A DNA stretch of 57,090 bases, taken from NCBI GenBank assembly GCA_002633005.1, contig NMRA01000044.1, positions 1,010,362 through 1,067,451 of the forward strand, read 5' to 3'. The notes under the pieces are model-generated. The model had not been told where the DNA came from. It ran no database searches and saw only the letters and a list, made by a program, of their open reading frames with translations. The position numbers and the translations under genes were made by a program. This DNA is from Phoronis australis. Taxonomy: Eukaryota > Animalia > Phoronida. Shown piece by piece: positions 26,508 through 40,720 of this stretch (the first letter of the stretch is position 1; each line of letters begins with the position of its first letter).

Positions 26508-29439
26508 GTTTGCGCGACATTATGACTGTAGTTAATTATTTGCAATTTTATATATGAATATGAAGGAAATTCTTTGAAGTTCATTATACTTTTATGAAAT
26601 CTATGTTATTGGAATGGAATATTTCATTCAGCAATTTTAGTTTATACTTTTAATTCACAATTAAGGCTATGATGTTGGCCCTGAAAAATGTCGGAACATC
26701 ATATCTCAGACATGGCTGATCGGATACATGCGAGCAAGACTTTAAAAATGTGTTAGGAGTTGCTTTCAAAATGTTGTACTTTTGTATGAGAGTCTATTAA
26801 AAATTCTTGGCTAGGGCTTTTATGATTTTCATGAAAAAAATCATTAAAAGTTGCTTAAAACGAAAATGAATGATATTTTAGAAACTTGCAGCGTTTTTGA
26901 TATCTCATGAACATTTACGTCATATAAAATTTCCTTATGCTATTGATACAGTTGTTTTGCTATCAATGTAACATTCGTTTTGATTAACTTTTTACTACCA
27001 AAGACGTGGCTACGTAACCCAAGCAACGACAGATAGGTAAAAGGTCAAAAATAAAATTCTTCAGTAAGGTGCTTGAAGCTTAATTATGGGGAAGGGAAAT
27101 CTGTATCCACGGCAACGATGACTCTCAGCTCTATGTCTTCCTGAGATAAGACGGAATTTGTAATACCAGAAAGGAGGATGTCGTGACGGTTGCTCACAAA
27201 AAAAACGAGACTCAACTTCGGACGTAACGTGATCCAAAAATATAGGCCTAACGTTCTCGCGTTATCTCCTGCCAAACTTTCAAATCGGGCGTTTTTAAAT
27301 GAGTGATTACACCTCATTACATGCTCGGACGGTAATATTTAGTCGGAGAATGGCTTGACGTAATTTTTCATCTGATTGTATTTTTGTTAAAAGTTGTTTA
27401 CATCGCTGGAAATGGGAACAGCCCATTATTCTGGCTACGGGCCTGATAACCGTGATTATAATTATATTGAAAAGGTGCCAACCTTGAGGTCATATCTTGT
27501 ATTCCGCGTCATGTTATACAGTATAATCTCGGGACCAGAAATAATGCTTTTGTACGTTTAAATTCACAAGCGCTTCATTGCACGTTTGCATTACACTAAC
27601 AAGTCAAAGAGCAGTTGAACCTTAAACACTGGCCCACAGAAAAGCTTCGGTGACACTAGCTCAGACAAAAATTTCAGTGGCCGAAATGTTGAAGATCAAA
27701 ATGGCATTAAACCAGTGATACATCGTGTGATAAATCCTTTATTTTCGGTGTACTTCTATGAATTTTTTTACCACGTTCAAACCGCTGATACGCGAGGGAT
27801 ATTTGTGACATATGACATATATTAGATACTCAGTAATTACTGTGTTTGCAGGTCACATGGTGTTGTTTGCGAGTACTCCCGCATTGAATCTGTAGAGATT
27901 AGTTGAATTGCCGAAATAGCTGCAGTTGTAGGGCGTGGGGTATGTCAGTAAACCTTTAAAAACAAAACGTATTCAGAAATGGAGGTCCAAAGCGAAATTA
28001 TGAAAGATGGCTCTGACAAGGTTTAGGAGGAAATGATTAACCACTATAAGTTTTTGGGCCTCGTGATTACTTTCAAGTTGGCATGAACTGAAGCGACAAC
28101 GAGCTTTGCTAGAAGATAATCAAAAACGACTTCTGCTTCAGGTCACTTTCCGTTATGAAATTGGTCTCAAACTTTTGTTCTTTAATAACAATGCACATGT
28201 AGTAAAAACTTTATTGATCAATACGCCACCTGCCCACAGTTCATAATACTAAATATATATAAACTTTTTATGCCTGTAAACAGCCACTTCAAAAAGATTC
28301 AATATTTCGTCACTGATGGTGTTTAGTGTCCTCAGGCTCAAGTTTAGAAAAGACCAGATATTGCTTCAGCTCCTCACATACGTTTCACTAGGCAAATCGG
28401 ATTTCAGCCCTCTGTAAAATTCCCACTTTTTATTTTTGCTACGACAACCAACTCTGAAACTGAACATCTCTCAGCCATAGTTTGAATTCTGACAAAAAAT
28501 ACTGTTAATCGCCGACTCCCTGATTTAACTATACATGATCGAAATTTGTTGTATGCAACACATTTTTAGTGCAGGTATTCGATTATTTTGACAGTGCAAT
28601 TGCCTTTCATAAAATATCAAAAACTATTATTCGGGCATTTTCTGTATTTTCAAAAAAGTATTTTAATTATAGGTCTACACATGGAATACACATAAATTGT
28701 TCTTTAATCAAGTAAGCGTGGCTTCTGTGCTTGGAACAGAGCTGTCAGTTAGTTACTTGTTCAGATCAAGCTCACAAAATTTTATGCCAGGCGAAATTTG
28801 AAATTTTATGAGCTCGGTCTGTGGGAATAGATAACTACTGTTAGTTCATGGAACTCCACAGATCATTTCTAGACTGGGTCAGAGTTGATTGCGCGTCTTT
28901 GCTTGTTTAGTTGGGGGCTCAGTTTTGGCGGTTTCACGGCGTCCACTTGAAGCACACAAGGAGGGGTTACCGTCAATGTTCCCTGTCCGCAGTTGCTGTT
29001 TGAAGAGATGAATAAAATAGAATGTGTAAAGTTTTAAGAAGCACGATAACACAAGACTTCATACATACCAAGCAACGAAATTTTGGATGTTAAAACTAAA
29101 CCTCCTATCGGAATGTGGCGGTCACTAGGACTTGAACCCAGAACCTCACTTCAAATACATGCATTCTACATTGCACCATGACCCCGGGGGGTCGTTCCGT
29201 AGTTAGTTTGCTTTTTAACCGCTGGGTTGACAGAACCAATAGGCTGAAATCTATGTATCAAGATTTTGGCCGCTGCATCCTTGTCTGGTCCACGGGAGTT
29301 TGAACTTCTAGCGTTGTCTTGAAGTGCGAGCACATTTCTTGTGACACCCTGTATGTTCCGCGAGTGTTGAGACTATGCAAGGACACGCAGCTTTGTGATA
29401 AAAAAATGTAGCCCTTACAAAAAATTCGGTTTTAACTCG

Positions 29440-29989
29440 GCCTAGTGGGTCAATTCTTTCTCGCATTAGAACCGGAACCATACAGCTATTGGTTGAGGTT
29501 AGGCGTTTTTGCTCTCTGGAATTTGATGATAGAGTTTGTCGTCTCAGTCACACTGGTCAGGTCGAAACTGAAGTACATTTTCTGATTAAGTGTCCGTTTT
29601 TTAGATGCCAGAAATTCCGTTTGCCCTCAAGCTGAGATTAATTATCCACGATTTCGTGCAGAAAGCTGTAAAAGTAAATTAATTACGATTATGCAAAAAG
29701 ATGTTTTCAAGAAAACTGCTGTCTTCATCAAAAATATTTTTGACGTACGGGAAATTTTATTTATATATGATAACTCTTATCACTGTGTTTTCTTTTTGGT
29801 CGTCTTGCAATGCGTGTACACTCGTTTTTTTCGTTTTTGTTTTTTTTTATGTATCCGAAGTGACTTTTAAGCCTTGTGGAGGGCTGGGTGTACCTGCTGT
29901 TACGTATTTATCGTTTAAATCCATTTGAACACATGTCACTATAATAAAAGAATTAACTAATTACTTACTTACTTACTTACTTACTTACT
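29440..29989 (+). mobile_element. 3' remnant of a non-LTR retrotransposon with a (TTAC)n tail
   Basis: DDRVCRLSHTGQVETEVHFLIKCPF (from 29525) matches the C-terminal RxCxxC...ExExHFLxxCP motif of RTEX/CR1-group ORF2. It is followed by AATAAA and a (TTAC)7 tail at 29961-29988. Confidence 0.7.
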
Positions 29990-31673
29990 TTGCACAGCTG
30001 AGAAACAATTCCACTGAATTGATATAACTTAACTCCAGCGAGGCAATTTCCTCCAGGAAGGAAATTATTGAAATACTTTCAACTCATCTTGAAACCCTTC
30101 TCCCGTGTTGGAAAACAATCAACCACGCTGGAAACGACCGCAGCTACATGTACTCATGTAGGTCGAATTTTTTTCATGGGGGTCAAAAACCGAAATTATT
30201 GAAGCTGCACTTGTTATCAAATTGCATGCTTCTAACCCTGTAAGTTAATCAGATCACAGAGGCTACCTTGCCGAAATAGCTGAATTAATTAAATAAAGAC
30301 TGAAAATATTTCAATAAGAAATGACGATGCTGCAGGTCTGAATGCTGTTGTGAAGTCATTGGGCACAATCAGGGAAACATTGATCGCTTTGTTTAGCTGG
30401 ATGCTCTCAATTTTGTCAGCCATAGCCTGTGTCAGTTTTTAGTTGTGACTTTGGCCTTGCGTGCGAGACGTTAGGGAAAACGTCATAGTTTTCTCTGTTG
30501 TATACGATTTCCCTCAGGAAAGTTATGAGGTCTGTATCCCCGGATGTAGAAATTATTAAAGCATTGGAAATCGTGCAAAGCAACCTTGTGCGACACAGAA
30601 CATACATAACACTCTTGCCATCAATCTAGAGAACCCGTGCTCTAGCATCAAGAATGAAACCATGTACAGAAAGACTGACACCACCTAAAAAGACAGACCC
30701 TCGAGGGCATTTTTCCACCTTGCTTTTCCAAATTAAACAAGTGTTCAAGTCAAATTTCGATGGCTGCAAACCCGGTTGTGGTTGAAAGGGGCAATGCCCG
30801 GGATTTTTAAAGGTCTATTTGCACGTTCCTAATTTATAGCAGGAACTAAACGACAGTGCTATTGGAACATAATCAACGCTAAACAAAGTGCAGTTGTATT
30901 CAATGACAACTCGTAAATACGAAACAAAACATTCTGCAAATATGTTACCTTTGCACTAATGACGTAACTCGCGGGCTCAGATAGCCACGCATTTTGCAGT
31001 GTTATTTCCCAGCACCACGTCACGATAGTTCAAGTACTGGACTCCGTTCAGTGATTTACAGCAGATCATTTTAGCCACAAATCTCGTTCTTAAAAAGATT
31101 TGGTAATTTTCAACATAATTCATATTAGCATCGTCAATATATGTTGTGTTTCTAACTAATTTGGCCAAAACAATCACAGAGATAAGGAATTAGCCTGCAA
31201 GCTCCACTTTAAAGATGAACGACATCGTACTTTTCAGACTTCCAGCGGCACCCTTTATCCATTGCCATAGATCGGGGCCCTTGTGCTTATGAGAAACAAG
31301 CCAATAAAATTTTCTTGGTGTGACAAATGACAAACTCGCTTAAATAAAATAAATGAATAAGGATAATATGTAAAGCCCGATAACATATACAACACGTATA
31401 CTTTGTACTGAAAACTTATTGTGAAGTGTAAATTAACTTAAAGGTGCACCTTCTCTTTTCCAATGAGATTTTCTAATATCAATTAGTGTAGAAGAATACG
31501 AATAAATTAACTATCCCATACGGTATTATGCAGACAATCCCATAATAAACAAATTTTGGTGACGAAAATTAAGCGACGACACTGCAGAAGCGAGAACCTG
31601 AAACGAATCATTCGATTACCGATTGAGGTTATGGTTAATGTTAGACTAAATTATGTTGTGGTGTTTGTTATAA

Positions 31674-31939
31674 CATGGGCGGCGCAGCACTGAAAAAAGT
31701 GGGGACAGAGGCGGATCTACGGGGGTCAGAGGGTTCAACCCCCCCCGGGACAGGATCAAAAATAAAAATTTTAAAAATGTCGCCAGGAAAACGATATCAG
31801 CAACTAAAAACCAAAAAAATCTTACACGGGAGAAGGGAAACCCCCTCCCGACCTTCCCTCCACTAGGCGAAACGCGCCTCGGATTGGCGCGAATCCTAAC
31901 CCCCCCCCCTCCCTTACTGAATACCTAGATCTACCGTGG
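31674..31939. mobile_element. MITE family A copy (31706-31939) directly after a family D left end (31674-31705)
   Basis: Internal sequence matches 1351-1591. The preceding CATGGGCGGCGCAGCACTGAAAAAAGTGGGG matches the start of 40628-40720. Confidence 0.7.
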
Positions 31940-33190
31940 TCGGTACAACACTGAACTAATGGGGGGAATTCAAAATTTGAAATAAATTTTGACCAGGAAG
32001 GATTTTTGCAACTTGCAGGGGGTATAGCCATATCTAGGTCGACTCGTATCTGAATCTACTCAAATCTGAGATTTGTACTCAAGCCTGTTAAGGTTATCAT
32101 CTGGGACATTATTGACAGGTCTAGCATATTTAGCCTCTACAAAACAATAGATTTTAATTCAGAATGTAGAAAGCCTATAGAGCTTGATTTTTCACAATCT
32201 ATTTTTAACTGACTATGTCTTTTTAGCTAAATTTAAAGCACAAAAAGAAAATTAATATGAAATGGTAGCAAAACAAAGATGTCAAGGACACGATCAAATT
32301 TTGTTTGATATAAATTTTCAAGGTGAAATCTCAAAAGGCGCTGTTACAGTTTTCTAAAATATCATTTCGTTTTCTTTGCATGCAACTTTAATTTTTTTCA
32401 TGAAAATCCTTTCTTTGATGGCCCCTCGTACAAACTTAAGGAGACATTTTAAAAACAATTCCTGTCCTGGCTGCTTTGGAGAGCAGCGCAAAAACACAAA
32501 ATCTGAAAATTTCAGATAAATCCGACCATCCGTTTTTGAGATGTGACGTTCAGAAGTTATTCTATGGTCCTACGTAATCTTAAATTTGATATTGCAGGGA
32601 CGACTCTAAAAATTTAGTAAGATGTCAAACATTTGAGGCGTCGTCTGTCTTCAGCAATCAATTAGGAATTCCTTCGAGTTGGCCAGAGTACGGATGGTTT
32701 TGAGTGTAATCGTTTAGTGAGTTTGTTTGGAGAATGAGACTACATTAAAGTAATTCATGTTCGAATGAGTATGTGGATTTGAGCCTATTGGCAGTTTTGT
32801 ACATTTGGCGTCCAGTGTTTTCTGGCGCAACACTTTGTTTTCGAAGTCAGGTACATATACATTTTATGATTTTATTTGAGATAAAATGGCACCCCGCAAC
32901 TCCGACTAGTATTGCACACTCAGATGAGGCAGTTTTTATTTCCTGAGGCCCACCTTGTCATCCATCATCGTGCTTAATTGATGTTCTTGAAATTCAGCGG
33001 ATGTAGTATATATTCACTAGAAGTGTTCCTTCTCAATTTTGGGAAGAATGCCATTAAGTCAATTGCAAGTTTACGTTTTGTTGCGCCCTCTCAAGGGAAT
33101 TGTTTCAAATAATGACTTCTGCTTCAAAATGTTCGCTATTTGCGATGTATTTGATGGACGCTTTTTTAATGCCAAAATATATAGCTGTTA

Positions 33191-33450
33191 CATGCGCACA
33201 CCCAGGCTTCAATATGGGGGGCTCGAATTCCTGACGTTGTGGACCTTTTGCTAACTGAACGAAAGAGCGGGCGGACTAAAAAAAGGGGAAAAAAACGGGA
33301 GCACCATTGTGAAGTGCGCGTTTGCGATTATTTAGTGGACTTTTGTCCCATTTCTCGGACTTTTTGTCTCTCGGGGGCGGACCTTTTTGCCCACTTCGCC
33401 AAATGGGGGTCTCGTTCGAGCCCCCCCCCTCCCCCCTTGGTGCGCGCATG
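33191..33450. mobile_element. MITE family C copy, TSD TGTTA
   Basis: Same TIRs and internal motifs; TGTTA at 33186-33190 and 33451-33455. Confidence 0.8.
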
Positions 33451-34810
33451 TGTTATATGAATTCTGCATGGCTGCAAATTTGAAATCCAAATTACAAAAA
33501 GTGTATATGTATATTTTATTGAATTAAAATACAAACATTCACATGAACAACAAGTGAAGGTTTTTTTTCAAACTATCATTGAAAATAAATCGTAAAAATA
33601 TTTCTCGTGGGAATCGTGTGTTACACTACAGATTTCACCAAAGAGCATTTAGAAAAAAATTGAGCATTTCATGAAACCTCTGAAAATTTTAGGAGTGCGT
33701 CCCGTGTCATTGGCCCATAAATTATTTTATCCGTGCACTTTTATTGCTTAACGCGGGCCAACCAGCGCACCACTACTGTCACAATATTTCGCCTGGTTTT
33801 GTTTTCATACGCATTGCATTTAGAAGCTAATACAACTGCTATGAACAGCAACTGGCCAAAGAGACAGTCTTAGCGATACGGAAATGCAGATCCCAACTGT
33901 GAATTCATGTGTTTAGTTAAACTGAAATGCACTTAGCCGTTCAAACCACATCACTGATCGCGTCACGTGCTAAGGCATAGCTGGCGAAATCACGCATATT
34001 TAAATGCCACCAACATCGTCAAAGAAGCACCCTTCCGTAGTCATTAAAATATACTTGGTCATTTTTCATTTACTGGCGTTAACGAGAACATTGCACGAAT
34101 CATTTTGGTAAAATGCATTAATTAAAATCTAGCTGATAGCGTACAACAAACTACAATGTTTATGATTATTATGTCAATAAAGTCTCAACAACATTGCACT
34201 GGCAAATTGCTAGCATAGGATTGTAGCCTATATACAATAAAACTGTATACGGTGCGTTTTCTTCGCGTAATTTCTTTTAGCTCGAATCGAAAGGTACATT
34301 TGCGAGGTTTCCTCCACTTATTAAGACTGCCCATTCACAAAACTAGGAATATAACAGTGCGTTTTGCTCACTCGCTGACAATATCTTGGTCATTGCGTAA
34401 CGGACATCATTCCCAGACAAAATTCGCTACACAAAACAACAACAGACCATCACACTTGTTAACATGCCCACCATAAACTTGAACCAGCAGTAAATGTTTG
34501 ACGTAACTGTCCCCCTTTATCGTTGTATCTACGTGCAGTAAACTGTTCGGGAATGACGTCATTGGAAACTTTACAGTCTCTATTTATAGAACACAAAGCC
34601 AGTTTGGTGACTCGCTGGACTTAAGATGTTCGTTCTTCAGCTATTATCTTCCGACATGATGGTTTTATACTGTTAAATCTCGGGAGTATGCGCTTGAATG
34701 AAGAACAGAACGCTGGACGTTGTTTCTTCAATGTCTTGCATGTATGCATGGTTCTGCATCAACCATCAGCTACTACGATGAACTGCACGTGAGCAAGCAA
34801 TCTTTCTTCA

Positions 34811-37800
34811 TTAAAAATGGCGCTTGGTATCGACTAAGGAACAGAGGACATGTTTAATCGGAAGGTGAACCATATGTATCATGTCACCACTTGCTACAGC
34901 TCTGGATCCCTGTTGGCAATCACGAAGTTAGAGATATCCACTGCAACTCGAGCGCCGTTTTTTTTTTCAAATTACGCGGCCGTATGGTAAATGTTCTTTG
35001 GTGGCAGTACTCTGAAAATAGATTCAAAAGCAAAAAATAAAACTATTATATTTTCAAACTCAGTTACGTTTTACATTTTTAATGATAATTACAATTAAAT
35101 TTTGCTGACGCACATTTCATAAATCCCGTATATGAGCATTTAAAACTGCAACGTTCGCCAATATAAGGCCATGGGGTCGTATTAGAATATAATCTGAGTC
35201 AACATCGTTTCTTTGTATAGTAAGTCAGTTGTTGGTAATCAGACTAACCACAAAAATAAAAACCGTCAAAATTGGTCTTGAAAACGTTGAATAAACAGTA
35301 AAACTAAACAGCACGTGCCTTGTAAATTTCAAAATGACGAACACGGTCATTTAGTAGAAACAATTTGTTGCTCGGGAAATTTCATAAATGCAATGCGTTC
35401 AAATATAAGGTCTTGGGATTAGACTACAAAGAAATGCACAAATGTAGGGCAACGGGAAATTACGGTAAGTAACGTTTGTGCTAAGGAAATTGTAAAGTTA
35501 ACCTTAACTAAGTGTGAAATTGTTTCGTATGTTTTTCAAAAAATCCACTGCCAATCTATGAAAGCCTATTCTTAAATTTCTAACTACATAAAAAACCTGC
35601 AAGTTATGAGCAAGAAAACTATTTACACTAAAAAAATAGAAATGCGACGGAAAAGTTTCGAAGTTAAGAAAGTGTTACTCTGCACATTTAAAGCGACATA
35701 ACGGTGACAATGAAGCATAAATAGAACGCTGAAGGGTCAACACAATTACAGGAAATATGTTTATTTCAGATAACTTCCATTTTCTTGCGTGAACGTGAGT
35801 GTGATTTCGCCCATCCAGCAGAGCTGGTTGGACTCCGCCCTGGGGCTGGTCTCAGAAAAATAGTTTTCTCGCCCACAACGTTCCTTTAAAAAGATACTTT
35901 CACATAGATGATACACAGCGCTGTTAAACACTTTCCCGTTATGTAGATCTTTTTCTCTGAAAACGTTTTAACTGCGGTTCTTGAAACACTGAAAATGTGT
36001 CATTGAATTCAAAATATATGACTTGAGATATACCTGGACCGGGGTCTTACTCAGAACTCAAAATTCCTTTAATATTTTCCGTTCTGTTTTAATATGACCC
36101 GACAAGTGTCTCTTTTTCTGTTCTCGAGTACAAAGTGGCGTTACGGCTTACGCAGATAAGATTCTAATCCAAGTTTACACTTGATGACCTCTAGATAAGA
36201 GCAACAAACTTAATAGAAACTCGACAGCTTGTCAATGAGTTTTGAGTTTAGTTTAGATTTAATACTGGCTCATCAAGTACAAACAAGGGTAATATCACCA
36301 TCCACGTAAAATATAGTGTACTCGAGTAGAGAATGAGAGACACTTTCTTCAGTTCGAGCGAGTTAGAACGGAAAATGTCAAAAGTAACTTCGAGTTCAAT
36401 TTCGAGAACATGTCACCGGGCATTTTACTTACCAGTGACGGTAATCACGTACATTATTCGACATGTCGAGAATTTTCGTTATACTCATGCAAATTTACAT
36501 TTACCGTACTTACATCCCAGTCTAACGATTCAGGTATTTCATTAGGATCTGTTTTGGATATTTGAGTTTACGAAACCATTTGAGGAGTTCCGAATATCAC
36601 CTGCACTTACCTTCCCACCAGTCTTCCAAAAATAGATTCCAAAGCCTGTTGCGCCCACGACCAAAAAAATTGCAAAAGCAATTAAAATGATATTTTCACC
36701 GTTCAGATAGATATTTGCCTGTAAAAAACAAGAAACAGGAATTAGTCCTCAGTATCAGAGGTCTTACATGAGGTCCCTGGGTATATTTTTTTGGAAGTTG
36801 TTTTTAGCATTTTCCATTCTTCTTTATTACGAGCTCAAAATATATATGTCTGTCACTGTGAACTGAAGTGTATCATGGTTAGTGTGAATGATTGCGTAAT
36901 CCTATTTTGCACTAAGGTTATAAGTGCGTGTCTGGACTCGAAATCTCGAGTTTTTCTTCGAAATCTCGAGTTTTCACTCGAATCGAGGAGTCGTCAAGTG
37001 CGAATTTGTGCTATACACTCATTTGCGTATTCTAGAATATACTCGAGCACCGAATGACAGACAGTTACAGTGGCGGATCTAGGATATCCCAAGGGGGGGC
37101 CCAACATTTTGTCCGGCTGTAAACATTTGCGCAAACTGAACCACGATTGTAGATGCGCATAGCACCAAATGGCGGGATGTCGTGAGGGGGGTTTGCCCCC
37201 CTCCCGCTCAGGAAATTTTTCTGTTTTGACCTCTAAAAATCAAGTATTTTCCTTGATTCCTGAAGTATTAACCAAGAAAAAAAGGTAAAAAAAAAACACG
37301 GAGAACGTGTCAAACAGGAAAAACTGAGAGTACCAAAGACTCGAACTCACGACCTTGCGCATAGAGCGGACGTACGTTACCACTACAACACCACGATTTA
37401 GCTACTAATCTCATACTAAGAGACGTACTTGTTTATGGTCCACAGCGTTTGCGCGCGAAACCTACTTCTTTTTGTAATGCTTATTACACGTTTTGTGCCA
37501 TCGATTCTTAACAAATTTGTCGTATTTAAAATAGTCTTAAAATGCCCAAAAGACCAAATCCGTTATTCCTGTTGGCAATAATGACCGGGGATTGCTTTGG
37601 AAATCGTCTTAACATAAGGTTTGACAAAGAGAGTATTGCGAGTTTCTGAGTGATTCACTAAGGCTTCTATTAAAATTCCCATCTTACCAGCAGCTTCTGT
37701 TTTTTCATCGTCACTCAAGTTCCATTTTCTTTAAAAAATGAAGTAAATTTTCTTCATTCCACAGTGGAGCAGACGACGGAAACTGAGTCGTAGTGCGCAG

Positions 37801-39134
37801 CGCCACTGCCGGTCGCTTAGGATATTGCGGGAGAGCCTATACTTAGCCATAGTTCCGTTACGAATGCGCCGTGTTCCGAATTCGACACTTGAAATTGTAT
37901 ACTTTTAATTACCGGGGTTAATTAATAAACTCAACATTTATTTCCCTACGCTCTTACTGTTGTCTGTAGTCGGAGAGACTGTCAATAAGGGCGGTTACAA
38001 GTGCAAATTGAACGTCATCTTTAATAAACATGTATTGAAGAAAACTTCGGTACTCACAGACACTCATATATTTTTATTGGTGTACTCTTTAACTAGTTCA
38101 TCTGTTTAATTTCGTGCCTGTTTTCTTACTTACGGTTTCGGGGGTAGCACGTGGTGGGTTGGTTTCCGGCGCCGTTTTTGTAAAGTCCAAGCCAGTGTAG
38201 TTTAGGCAGAGTGACCAGTATTCTGAAATATACAAGATCACCAAATTAGATTATCTCCCTTGTATCACGGGGAACATTTGCGTACAGGAAAATATGCCAT
38301 ACTTAGCTTGAAGAAGAACTAATGAGAAAATATTCTATCAAAAAAAATAATACAGAGAGGATTTTGGTTGCGAGACTGAGTTGATTTTTTTTCTTTTGCT
38401 GACTTATGAATATGTGGCTAAAATATAGTCGCTTCATCTTTCAGATTTGTAATCACTAACGATCATTATTACAAGATCAGCTTGGTCTCAGTTGGTCTCC
38501 CCATGTGTTCATTTCCCCGGGCCACGGTCTGAGTGCACGCAACCTATACAGCGCACCATACGTACTTGGACACTCTGTTCGGCACCGCTGCGCGTTGGGC
38601 TGAAAACAGGCGTTGGTGTAACACGGTATGCACGAATTGTTACCGTGGAGCTCGATGTCGATGTTAGTCACAGCACGGTGGAACTTCCAGCCGCAGACCT
38701 CGAACGTCCGCTGCCCTCGGGTAGGATCAAGACAATCTGGGTGCTTGATGGCTGCAAGAGTCAAAAAATTAACTAGGCCCCTAATGACGAAAAATAAAAA
38801 TTGTGAACTAATCAGTTGTTGAAAGTGACGGCGTTTTAGATGACAACACATTTAATCGGTGTCAGGAGCCTCAGGCGTGGATCCAGAGGGCCGGGGTACA
38901 GGTCATCCAAACATCCCTTCCCGACCTGGCCACTTCAAGTGTTTTCCTTGTAATTATGGAGTGATACGAAATGTCCGACCATTGTCAGGAACAGACACTT
39001 TGGACATAATCCTAGATTTGCGCGTGGTCTTCTAGGGACTATTTTGTATCCAATTAGCACACAGTACCTGAAGCTGCGCATATCACCATCGCGATCCAAA
39101 TCATATTTAAACTATCAATGACTAGACTTCGCAT
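34811..39134 (-). CDS. Small Cys-rich type I membrane protein (Grindelwald/TNFR-like architecture) with an in-frame TGA; may be a pseudogene or null allele
   Basis: Exon 39134-39068: signal peptide MRSLVIDSLNMIWIAMVICAAS. Exon 38751-38566: IKHPDC...VC...SCIPCYTNAC...RCRTECP. Exon 37728-37688: KNGT*VTMKKQKLL, TGA at 37717-37715. Exon 36718-36611: TM segment IILIAFAIFLVVGATGFGIYFW. Tentative last exon 34909-34811. Phases 1-1-0-0 join without frameshift; the last exon is the weakest part of the model. Confidence 0.6.
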
Positions 39135-39731
39135 GATGAGTTAGAAGAGAGGACGCTGAAATGGTTTAGTGCTGAACTCTAGAGTCTTCTTGTCTGACGA
39201 AATCCCTTCGTCTTTTTCGTATTTTAAGAGGGACATACAATGAAAAGACAAAATTTGTCGTGCTATCCCTGACGCTAGAAAAAACCATGATAACGTAACT
39301 TCACGTGATGTACGAAAACTACAAATACGCCAGTCATAGACATTACAGTATTATAATGTCTATAACACTAAAGGAAAATTACTCAGAAGGAAAATTTAGT
39401 TGTCTATAAATAGCGCATGAAAACGTTTTTGTTAAAAATAGGTCATTGTGTAATGTCGGGTCAGGTGTCAGCGCATGACAACTCGTGACAAAATTCTCTG
39501 CGAAGGCGCATTTTATGCGGCATATAGTTATAAGGAACTGAACAAAATGTTCATTTTGGGAACTATTCTTCACAGAAGGTTTCATATTCTGCTAAGGTCT
39601 GCTGGGGTTAAATCAATTTTAAAAGCCTGCCGTTCCAAGTTTTTTCATGATATTAAATTGAATGGATAAGTATAAACTCCCTACCAGAGGATCATGGCAT
39701 TATGACAGAAGAGTTTCTAAAGATTTTAACC

Positions 39732-39976
39732 CATGCGCGCACCCAGCCTAAAAAATGGGGGCTCGAATTTTTGAGAATGTGGACCTTTTACTCAGATTCA
39801 CGGGGTACGTTCAGAGCTATGAATTATGCATTCCTAAAATTTTTGTAGTTCCTGCCTTTCTTAGTGGACCTCTGTCACGTTTTCTACTTTCATCGGAGTT
39901 TTTTGTTTCTCTGAGGCGGACCTTTTTGCCCACTTAGTAATTCGCCTCTAGAGCTCCCCCTGTGGGTGCGCGCATG
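39732..39976. mobile_element. MITE family C copy
   Basis: CATGCGCGCACCCA...TGGGTGCGCGCATG; no clean TSD. Confidence 0.75.
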
Positions 39977-40627
39977 AACGTTCTGCCTTTCAAAAATTTG
40001 TCTTGTTGACAGTATGAAATGGTATGGCCCTCACAATTCATTAACGATTTTTTTCCGTCAAAAATATAGTCTTGTCATCGGGGGGTTACGTCGTACATGC
40101 CCTGCAACGACAGTAACTTCTCACCTCAACTCACGCTGTTATATTACTGCCATCAGACTTTGATGATGTTACATGTCAACCAGTACGGAAACTACGTAAT
40201 TTTGCTACGTATTTTTGTCCACTGTGCTTCGGCGTAGCGTCTAAATGCTATATTTTTCGGTAATTATACGCATTTTTGCTGATGTTCGTAATAAAGTTTT
40301 CAAATCTCCACTTTGGCTTTTACTCGCAATCTCTTTTTGTTGAAATAATTTCATATCACGAGGCTTGATCGACAGGGCAAAAGGAGCAAGTAGTACGACA
40401 GGACTCACAGTTACTAGATGTATGAGCCTCTAATAGGTAAGTACATGTAGGTACATGCAGTGGATTTTCACACTTGACCGTATTTTGGCTCGTTTTCGTC
40501 AGTGCTGCAGAAAATGGCTCTTACATCGCTAACTAAGCGATTTGCCCAGCGCATACTGAACTCGGAACATGACTAGGCGGTGCATAAACTCAGCCCAGCT
40601 AAGTTGAGTTACATGTACCTACCTAAT

Positions 40628-40720
40628 CATGGGCAGCTCAGCACTGAAAAAAGTGGGGGGCTAAATCCCCCTCAGTCCCGCCTGTGATGCACTGCCTATA
40701 GACCATGTGCGCCGCCTATG
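40628..40720. mobile_element. Tiny MITE, family D, TSD CTAAT
   Basis: Imperfect TIRs CATGGGCAGCTCA...TGCGCCGCCTATG; CTAAT at 40623-40627 and 40721-40725. Confidence 0.65.

Noticed and set aside
34460-34810. Possible SECIS element for the TGA-containing receptor gene
   Set aside because: The ATGA...AA...GA candidates inspected by eye lack a pairing helix II, so there is no support for selenocysteine without a formal search.
37330-37392. tRNA-like sequence with A/B boxes on the minus strand (similar traces near 29115-29185 and 49600-49665)
   Set aside because: Stems do not close into a cloverleaf; probably decayed tRNA-derived SINE heads.
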